Of a DNA stretch of 47,811 nucleotides, positions 19,602-25,902 are shown piece after piece. The notes beneath the pieces were generated by a model, which made no database searches, had not been told where the DNA came from, and saw only the letters and a list, made by a program, of their open reading frames with translations. The stretch is from an uncultured Oscillospiraceae bacterium (GTDB lineage Bacteria > Bacillota > Clostridia > Oscillospirales > Oscillospiraceae): NCBI GenBank assembly GCA_964541215.1, contig CAZIPP010000001.1, positions 1,451 to 49,261 of the forward strand, read 5' to 3'. The position numbers were made by a program, and so were the translations under genes. Position 1 is the first letter of the stretch; the number at the start of each line of letters is the position of its first letter.

Positions 19602-20122
19602 TCCGGGTTTCTGGTGAGATACATATAGTAAAGCCCATTGAGCATTTCCCACGTAAACTTATCAAATACTCCGTCTTCTTTAAGACCCGTGCGATTTTGG
19701 ATCCACCTTAACGCACGGGTCGTTTTTTCATCATTTATGCCCGTATAGTCAACCTCCGGCAAATCTTCAAACTCTTTTTTAAGCGCAGTCAATATTCCCT
19801 GCGAAAGATACAAATGAGGATGATACAGTCCCGGCTCTACTGCCAAACGCCAGTCTCCAAATACCGGCGGCTCGTATACCGTTTCCAAAGCAACTAATTG
19901 CAGGTATTCCTCACGAATTCTGTTCCATGTGTCTTCATCTGCAATGCCTGAAACAGGAAGCCCTCTTGTGTTTTGATAGCTTCTAACGACTGCTTCTGTT
20001 TCAGGTCCAAAAATACCGTCTGCCACAAGTCTTTCAAGTCTGTCATCGTGAAAGGATATTGTTCGCAGCATATGCTGAAGGCTCTTTATTGGCTGTCCTA
20101 TATATTCGGTTTCATCTATCAT
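19583..20122 (-). CDS. Peptidoglycan-binding (PG_binding_1 repeat) protein
   Basis: Two PG_binding_1-like repeats (DGIFGPETEAVVRSYQNTRGLPVSGIADEDTW; GINDEKTTRALRWIQNRTGLKEDGVFDKFTW). Its ATG overlaps the stop of the upstream SleC-like gene (ATGA). Confidence 0.75.
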   Translation of the reverse strand: MIDETEYIGQPIKSLQHMLRTISFHDDRLERLVADGIFGPETEAVVRSYQNTRGLPVSGIADEDTWNRIREEYLQLVALETVYEPPVFGDWRLAVEPGLYHPHLYLSQGILTALKKEFEDLPEVDYTGINDEKTTRALRWIQNRTGLKEDGVFDKFTWEMLNGLYYMYLTRNPDYLPRP

Positions 20123-21552
20123 CTTATCACCTCATCCGTCATTCCTGTTTTCAGTTCAATACCGGGATACTGTGTGTGTCTTGTGGTCTGGGAATAATCC
20201 AGTTCACGCTCCATCTGAACGAGAGTTTTCCATGAGTCATTGTCCATTTTTCCCGTTATCGGAAGTCCTGCCATCTCCTGAAGCTTTCTTACAGCGTAAA
20301 CAGTTGCGTTAGTGGACATTCCGGAAACCGGAACTGCGCCGATATCCTGATATACATTCCCCAACCTGTTAAGCCGTTGCTGCAGCAGTGCTACCCTGGA
20401 GCGTGCAGCCGCAGGCAATACCTCTGCGTCACCTCCTGAATTGGGGAAGTTTGCTTCCTGCGATAATACTGTGTAATCAATACCGTTAAACTCTCTGTTA
20501 AGCAGATCCCAAACAGTTTTGTTAACAATGCCGTTGTCCGGCAATCCTTTATACTTCTGAAATGCAATAACAGCATTTTTAGTCTGCTGGTCAAAAGTCC
20601 CGGTCATATCAACCGGCGGTATCTGCTCGATAAAAGCGCTCAAAACATCCAGCATATACTGGAGATGAAGAACCTTCTCCCCTGTCTCACCTTCTGCCAT
20701 GACCTCAGGGTACTGGACAGATACACCAAAAATTCGCTGCCCCTCCGACACCAGTTCCGAGAGCTTGAGTATGCTTACATACAGCATTACTATCTTATTG
20801 AATGTTGCTCGACCGGCGATACCGTCCACTGTAAGATCGAATATTTCCTGAAACTTTCTTACTGCCGATTCGGTTCCTGAACCGAAGTATCCATCTACCG
20901 GCTCTATTTTTGGTATTGCAGGGTAGTTTTGGGATATGCGATTCAAGGCTATCTGTAACGACCCCACATCACTGCCGCTGTCTCCCAGACGCAAAGGCTG
21001 ACCGGGATACAGACTTTGTATGCCGCCAATGGGTGCATCTATGACCAGCTCAATATCGTCACCGTAATAGTTGCGCAATATCTGAATTGAATCGTAACCT
21101 GCTTCCGCCAATTCCTGACTTCCCCATTGAGAAAGACCATCACAGGTTGATGTCGTTCCGTTGCAATACTTTGCAGCCAGCGGTTCTGTAACTCCCATAC
21201 GGCGTATATAATCATTAAATATCTCATCAACGATCCTGTCGATATTTTCAAAGGTATTTCGTCCCTGAATAAACTTCTGATCCACCGCTGTGCTGTTTGT
21301 GATATTGAAATCATAGCCTCTGCTGGGATAATACTCTGTGTAGATCCTGTTCAGCGCATAGGAAACCTGAGCAAGAACGTTTGCTCGTATGGCGCTGTCA
21401 TCCCATGTGGGATAAATCTCGCTGGAAGCAACATTTTTGATGTAATCAACAAAAGATACCGTTACATTCTGTGCATAGGATGACGGCGGTCCAAGATGAA
21501 CTGTTATCTCCTGAGGTATTATTGGAGTTGTTGGAGGCATCTGTTCATCCAC
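20119..21552 (-). CDS. sleC: SleC-like spore cortex-lytic enzyme: catalytic core plus three PG_binding_1 repeats
   Basis: VSFVDYIKNVASSEIYPTWDDSAIRANVLAQVSYALNRIYTEYYPSRGYDFNITNSTAVDQKF closely resembles the C. perfringens SleC core as I recall it. Three repeats follow with the pattern DG.FG..T..AV..FQ. The tracked start is GTG 21552, which abuts the SD. ATG 21540 (MPPTTP) is the more likely start. Confidence 0.85.
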   Translation of the reverse strand: MDEQMPPTTPIIPQEITVHLGPPSSYAQNVTVSFVDYIKNVASSEIYPTWDDSAIRANVLAQVSYALNRIYTEYYPSRGYDFNITNSTAVDQKFIQGRNTFENIDRIVDEIFNDYIRRMGVTEPLAAKYCNGTTSTCDGLSQWGSQELAEAGYDSIQILRNYYGDDIELVIDAPIGGIQSLYPGQPLRLGDSGSDVGSLQIALNRISQNYPAIPKIEPVDGYFGSGTESAVRKFQEIFDLTVDGIAGRATFNKIVMLYVSILKLSELVSEGQRIFGVSVQYPEVMAEGETGEKVLHLQYMLDVLSAFIEQIPPVDMTGTFDQQTKNAVIAFQKYKGLPDNGIVNKTVWDLLNREFNGIDYTVLSQEANFPNSGGDAEVLPAAARSRVALLQQRLNRLGNVYQDIGAVPVSGMSTNATVYAVRKLQEMAGLPITGKMDNDSWKTLVQMERELDYSQTTRHTQYPGIELKTGMTDEVIR

Positions 21553-21558
21553 TCCTTT

Positions 21559-21942
21559 TTATAAGTTTTGAGATGTAACATTGAATATCTCCGATTCTTC
21601 TATCAGTAATGGAGATTCTCCTATGGGTATCATCTGAGCGGTCTGGATAGTATCAACTCCGGCAAAAATCTGTACATTCTCTATCACAATAGACTCATAC
21701 GCCGGGTGTACCACCTTCACATCAACTATGGCATAAGGTTTTCCATTCCCCGGGCTTCGGCTCAGTTCAGCACCAGGTGTTTCGATGGTGACAGGCTCTG
21801 TCCTGCCGTTTTCATCAGAGAATCTGTATCCAACCAGTCTGTAGCCTGTCTCGGTCTGCTGAGTGATCCCTACTCCGGCATTCTGTATTGGTATCTCTGC
21901 GTTTGACGTAAATACTCTTGCGGATATGGTTCCTGTACTCAA
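21559..21942 (-). CDS. SleC N-terminal pre/pro-domain-like protein encoded as a separate ORF
   Basis: TTG start at 21942, 7 nt after GGGGG. The 127-aa ORF is collinear by eye with the N-terminal pre-region of C. perfringens SleC (beta-rich, EIFNVTSQNL compared with EIIDIAPNTL at the end). It is in the same frame as 20119..21552 and ends at TAA 21559..21561. Confidence 0.65.
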   Translation of the reverse strand: MSTGTISARVFTSNAEIPIQNAGVGITQQTETGYRLVGYRFSDENGRTEPVTIETPGAELSRSPGNGKPYAIVDVKVVHPAYESIVIENVQIFAGVDTIQTAQMIPIGESPLLIEESEIFNVTSQNL

Positions 21943-21986
21943 AAAAATACCCCCTTTACCACATAAAATATGCAGTAAAGGGGGTA
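21941..21986 (-). terminator. Intrinsic terminator of the ABC importer operon
   Basis: A 12-bp stem, taccccctttac (21948..21959) pairing with gtaaagggggta (21975..21986), with a 15-nt loop. A U-run follows on the minus strand and runs into the TTG start at 21942. Confidence 0.8.
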
Positions 21987-21998
21987 AATGTTAATGTT

Positions 21999-22973
21999 TT
22001 ATCTGGAGCCTTTATCGTAAGGAACACCTTCAGCTTTTGGCGCTCTGGACTTCTTTGAAGTGAATACAAGCACTATCATTGTTACGATATAAGGAAGCAT
22101 CTGATAAATATATGTCGCACTTTTTACGTTTTCAAAGTTCGGCAAAAAAGGTATGCTTCCTGCGTAGGATCCGATGACCTTGAACAAAGCAAAGAACAAT
22201 GCAGCACCAAGGATATTCAGCGGTTTCCAGTTGCCAAAAATCATAACTGCCAATGCAAGGAAACCGTATCCTGCCACGTCTGACTGGAATCCACTGCCCG
22301 CCGCAATGGTGAAGGACAAACCACCAATACCGCCAAGGATGCCGGAAATGATAACACCGGCGTATCTCATACGGTATACATTGATACCAACAGAATCTGC
22401 CGCAGAAGGATGCTCTCCGCAGGCACGAAGCCGCAGACCGAATCTGGTCTTATACAGGACTATGATAGAAACTATCAGAATAACAAAAGCCAGTGGTGTG
22501 GTAAGGTAAAGATTTTTGAAAATAAATCTTTCCCAGAATCCTGCCTCGGCAGAAACAGAGCCTATGCGTATCCATGTGGGGATAAGGATGGTAGTCTGTC
22601 CCTGACCCTGGATAGCCCAAGTAAGAACGATGGCAAAAGCAGGCGCAAGAGTGTTCAAAGCCGTACCGCCAATAGTTTGATCCGCTTTAAGGTTTATGGA
22701 CGCAAACGCCAGCAGCAGCGAGAACACAGCACCCGAAGCGGCAGCCACAAGAATAGCTATCGTCATCCCCAAATATGGATGTTCCGGACCAAAACCCGAC
22801 ACATCAAAAGCTTTGAGGATAAGGCAGGAACACAACGCGCCGATTATCATTATACCTTCAAGAGCGATATTGATTATTCCGCTTCGCTCAGAGAACATTC
22901 CTCCGAGAGCAACCAGCAAAAGAGGTACAGCAAAAATCACAGTTGAGCTTAAAACGTCAGCAAGAATCTTCAT
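21999..22973 (-). CDS. ABC transporter permease (BMP/nucleoside-type, NupQ-like)
   Basis: 324-aa polytopic membrane protein of the BPD_transp_2 type. It is the last gene after the ATPase and first permease, and overlaps the upstream permease by 4 nt. Confidence 0.88.
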   Translation of the reverse strand: MKILADVLSSTVIFAVPLLLVALGGMFSERSGIINIALEGIMIIGALCSCLILKAFDVSGFGPEHPYLGMTIAILVAAASGAVFSLLLAFASINLKADQTIGGTALNTLAPAFAIVLTWAIQGQGQTTILIPTWIRIGSVSAEAGFWERFIFKNLYLTTPLAFVILIVSIIVLYKTRFGLRLRACGEHPSAADSVGINVYRMRYAGVIISGILGGIGGLSFTIAAGSGFQSDVAGYGFLALAVMIFGNWKPLNILGAALFFALFKVIGSYAGSIPFLPNFENVKSATYIYQMLPYIVTMIVLVFTSKKSRAPKAEGVPYDKGSR

Positions 22974-24103
22974 TTCTGCTCATCCTCCTTCCCGTTTTGC
23001 GTATCCTCAGCTAAAGCCGCACGCTTTTTTCTGCTGAGCACTGATGTGATGAGTTCTTTCATAAGAAGAGAGAAAGCACTGAGGTAGATGATAACAGCAA
23101 TGATGATATCAATTGTTTCTTTGGCAAATTCAGGCTGCATGGCGTCTCCGCCCACCTGAATGTAAGAAATGAAAAGTGCTGAAATAATGGTCCCCAGAGG
23201 ATTGGAAGTTGCAAGAAGAGCAACCGGTATACCGTTAAATCCCATTGCCAAAAGACTTTTTTCTATCGTATACTGACCAGTACCTGCAAGATAATAGATA
23301 CCGCCGCCGATACCGGCAAGAGCACCTGATATTACCATTGAAAGTATGATATTGCGTTTAGCGTCAATACCTGCATATTCACTGGCATTCCTGTTATGTC
23401 CGCAGGCTTTCAGCTCGTACCCAAAAACCGTTTTATTGAGTACGATATACATAACTATCGCAAAAGCCACAGCAATAAAAATGCTGATATTCATGTAGTT
23501 GGATTCCAGCAGAACATCCAGACCGGCTTTAGGTATGATGGCTCCCGGATTTGCAGATTCCAGAGCTGCTGTACGGTCTGCATTGGTCGCTCCGTAATAA
23601 TTGGCAAGCACAGAAGGAGTATTGGCAAAAATCAGATTGACCGCAAACAGCCCGATCCAGTTGAACATTATTGCTGTGATAACTTCGTTAACATTAAAGT
23701 ACGCCTTAAACAGTCCCGGAAACAGTCCCCAAACGGCACCGGCGATCATAGAGGCAATAAGCGCTGCCCACCATGGCATCTGGAAAACTATGCCTACGAT
23801 AAGCGCAGCACAGGCACCGACTGTATACTGACCCGTTGCACCAATATTGAACAGACCGGTCTTAAAGGCAAAGCCTACCGACAAACCTGCCATTATCAGC
23901 GGCGCGGCCTGATACAGTACCTTTGCAAACTTTGCTTTTGTTGAAAAACCGGCAGTCAACAGATTCTTCATCCCATACATGGCATGGTCGGCATCGAAGA
24001 AGAACAGCAAAATCATGCCAATAATGAGACCGCAAAGAATAGATATAATTGAAGCAACAATGCTGGTGAAACCAGCGCTTTGGAAAAAGTTCTTTTTATT
24101 CAA
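22970..24103 (-). CDS. ABC transporter permease (BMP/nucleoside-type, NupP-like)
   Basis: Polytopic membrane protein. The tracked start 24181 lies inside the ATPase gene. I prefer TTG 24103 (MNKKNFFQS) because AGGTGA lies 5 nt upstream. GTG 24112 is an alternative. Confidence 0.88.
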   Translation of the reverse strand: MNKKNFFQSAGFTSIVASIISILCGLIIGMILLFFFDADHAMYGMKNLLTAGFSTKAKFAKVLYQAAPLIMAGLSVGFAFKTGLFNIGATGQYTVGACAALIVGIVFQMPWWAALIASMIAGAVWGLFPGLFKAYFNVNEVITAIMFNWIGLFAVNLIFANTPSVLANYYGATNADRTAALESANPGAIIPKAGLDVLLESNYMNISIFIAVAFAIVMYIVLNKTVFGYELKACGHNRNASEYAGIDAKRNIILSMVISGALAGIGGGIYYLAGTGQYTIEKSLLAMGFNGIPVALLATSNPLGTIISALFISYIQVGGDAMQPEFAKETIDIIIAVIIYLSAFSLLMKELITSVLSRKKRAALAEDTQNGKEDEQK

Positions 24104-25634
24104 CGCTGTCACCTGCTTTCTGTCGTTTTGCGCCTGCCATGTAAAGACCAAGCTCTTCCACTGTAACGTTATCAGAATCAAACTCGCCCACTATCTCACC
24201 TTCGTACATGACAAGTATTCTGTCTGAAACATCCATAACTTCATCAAGTTCAAGAGAGATCAGAAGCACTGCCTTGCCCGCGTCACGCTGAGCTACAAGC
24301 TGTTTGTGAATATACTCGATAGCGCCAACATCAAGACCTCTTGTGGGCTGGATGGCAACAAGCAGTTCAGGAGCTTTGTCTATCTCTCTGGCAACAATGG
24401 CTTTCTGCTGATTACCGCCGGACATGGAACGAACTATAGTATCAGAGCCCTGACCGCTTCTGACATCGTACTGCTCTATAAGGCTGTCTGAATAGGCTTG
24501 AACAGCATCTTTTTTAATGAATCCGTTTTTTTGGAACTGAGGCTGCCAATACCGCTGCAAAACCATGTTTTCGGCAAGGGTATAATCCAGCACAAGCCCA
24601 TGTTTGTGACGATCTTCCGGTATATGGCTCATGCCAAGCTTTGACCTTTGTCGAATAGTCGCGTTAGTAATATCATTACCGCAAAGAGTAAAGGTTCCCT
24701 CCGATTGTGGTTCAAGGCCAGTAAGCGCATAAGCAAACTCAGTCTGACCGTTACCATCGATACCGGCAAGGCACACGATCTCTCCGGCCCGAACATTGAA
24801 GGACACATTTTTAACAGCATTATTCTTATGAAGCTTGGACGGTACTGTGACGTTTTTTACACCCAGAACAATGTCCCCCGGTTCCGAAGGAGCTTTTTCA
24901 ACAGAGAAGCTTACATCACGACCAACCATCATCCTTGAAAGCTCTTCCTTAGTAGTGGACTTTACATCAACAGTACCAATGCACTTTCCCTTTCGCAGGA
25001 CAGTACAGCGGTCTGCCACAGCCATGATCTCAGAAAGCTTATGGGTTATGAACAGGATAGACTTGCCTTCTTTGGTAAAGGCTCTCATAATCGCCATCAG
25101 CTCCTGAATTTCCTGCGGAGTCAGAACGGCAGTAGGTTCATCAAATATAAGTATTTCATTTTCACGATAAAGCATCTTAAGGATCTCAACTCGCTGCTGC
25201 ATACCAACAGAAATATCCTCAATTACGGCATCAGGATCAACGTGGAGACCGTACTTTTCAGAAAGTTCAACAACTTTTCTGCGAGCTTCTTTTTTCTGCA
25301 AGAACCCTGCTTTGTTAGGTTCAACACCCAGAATAATGTTATCAAGAACAGAAAAAACTTCGACCAATTTGAAATGCTGATGTACCATACCAATATTCAA
25401 AGCATTGGCATCGTTGGGATTTTTGATAGATACTACCTGACCGTTTTTCTTGATAGTCCCCTCTTCAGGCTGATACAGTCCAAACAGTACGCTCATCAAT
25501 GTAGATTTTCCTGCGCCGTTTTCGCCAAGCAGAGCGTGTACTTCACCTTTTTTAAGCTGCAGTGTGATGTTATCATTGGCTTTTATGCCCGGAAATTCTT
25601 TAGTGATGTTCAGCATCTCGATAACATAATCCAT
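24096..25634 (-). CDS. ABC transporter ATP-binding protein, duplicated ATPase (sugar/nucleoside type)
   Basis: Two nucleotide-binding domains: GENGAGKST with IFDEPT, and GIDGNGQT with SGGNQQK. I prefer ATG 25634 (MDYVIEML) because AAAGGAG lies 7 nt upstream. Confidence 0.93.
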   Translation of the reverse strand: MDYVIEMLNITKEFPGIKANDNITLQLKKGEVHALLGENGAGKSTLMSVLFGLYQPEEGTIKKNGQVVSIKNPNDANALNIGMVHQHFKLVEVFSVLDNIILGVEPNKAGFLQKKEARRKVVELSEKYGLHVDPDAVIEDISVGMQQRVEILKMLYRENEILIFDEPTAVLTPQEIQELMAIMRAFTKEGKSILFITHKLSEIMAVADRCTVLRKGKCIGTVDVKSTTKEELSRMMVGRDVSFSVEKAPSEPGDIVLGVKNVTVPSKLHKNNAVKNVSFNVRAGEIVCLAGIDGNGQTEFAYALTGLEPQSEGTFTLCGNDITNATIRQRSKLGMSHIPEDRHKHGLVLDYTLAENMVLQRYWQPQFQKNGFIKKDAVQAYSDSLIEQYDVRSGQGSDTIVRSMSGGNQQKAIVAREIDKAPELLVAIQPTRGLDVGAIEYIHKQLVAQRDAGKAVLLISLELDEVMDVSDRILVMYEGEIVGEFDSDNVTVEELGLYMAGAKRQKAGDSVE

Positions 25635-25667
25635 GCCACCACTCCTTTGCTTATCCATAATGACAAT

Positions 25668-25696
25668 ATTATACCTGATTCTTAAAAATTTTTAAA
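25668..25696 (-). promoter_or_regulatory. Putative promoter of the ABC importer operon (TTTAAA-17-TATAAT)
   Basis: On the minus strand, TATAAT is at 25673..25668 and TTTAAA at 25696..25691. The region is AT-rich, so specificity is low. Confidence 0.35.
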
Positions 25697-25706
25697 TAGT
25701 AAATAT

Positions 25707-25841
25707 AAAAAAAGGGGCTGTAAAAAGCTCCGCACCGTCATTCTGAGAGCAGCTTGCTGCTCGTAAGAATCCGTTAATCCTGCTAATTGCAGAGCAATTC
25801 AAACGGATTCAAATGACGGATCGGTGTTTTTTTACAGTCCC
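25707..25841. other. 128-nt branched inverted-repeat element flanked by A7/T7: probable compound terminator, possibly a structured RNA or MITE-like repeat
   Basis: Outer 13-bp stem 25714..25726 / 25829..25841 (12 Watson-Crick pairs plus one G-T). Next stem ccgtcatt 25735..25742 / aatgacgg 25812..25819. Hairpin gagcag-cttg-ctgctc at 25747..25762. A 9-bp stem gaatccgtt 25767..25775 / aacggattc 25802..25810 encloses the hairpin aattgc-aga-gcaatt at 25785..25799. A7 sits at 25707..25713 and T7 at 25827..25833. Confidence 0.6.
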
Positions 25842-25849
25842 TCAGCCTG

Positions 25850-25877
25850 ACAAGCCGGGGATTCATATCCGGCTTGT
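25850..25877. terminator. Hairpin immediately downstream of copA
   Basis: acaagccgg (25850..25858) pairs with ccggcttgt (25869..25877), with a 10-nt loop. A T-rich run follows only on the + strand. On the minus strand, the big element with its U7 tract follows 8 nt later. Confidence 0.5.
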
Positions 25878-25902
25878 TTATCTATTTGAATATCAACATA
25901 TA

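Noticed and set aside
18627-19652. 341-aa minus-strand ORF, the longest antisense ORF
   Set aside because: It fully overlaps the aminotransferase (PLP-lysine motif, good RBS). Its translation has no motifs and an odd composition. It would also collide with the real PG-binding gene.
25707-25841. Riboswitch controlling the downstream ABC importer
   Set aside because: The U7 tract follows the stem that closes the whole structure, and a promoter-like TTTAAA-17-TATAAT lies downstream of it. So the element is upstream of the likely transcription start. I see no resemblance to purine, PRPP, c-di-GMP or other junction consensus sequences that I know. I kept it as an unexplained structured element instead.
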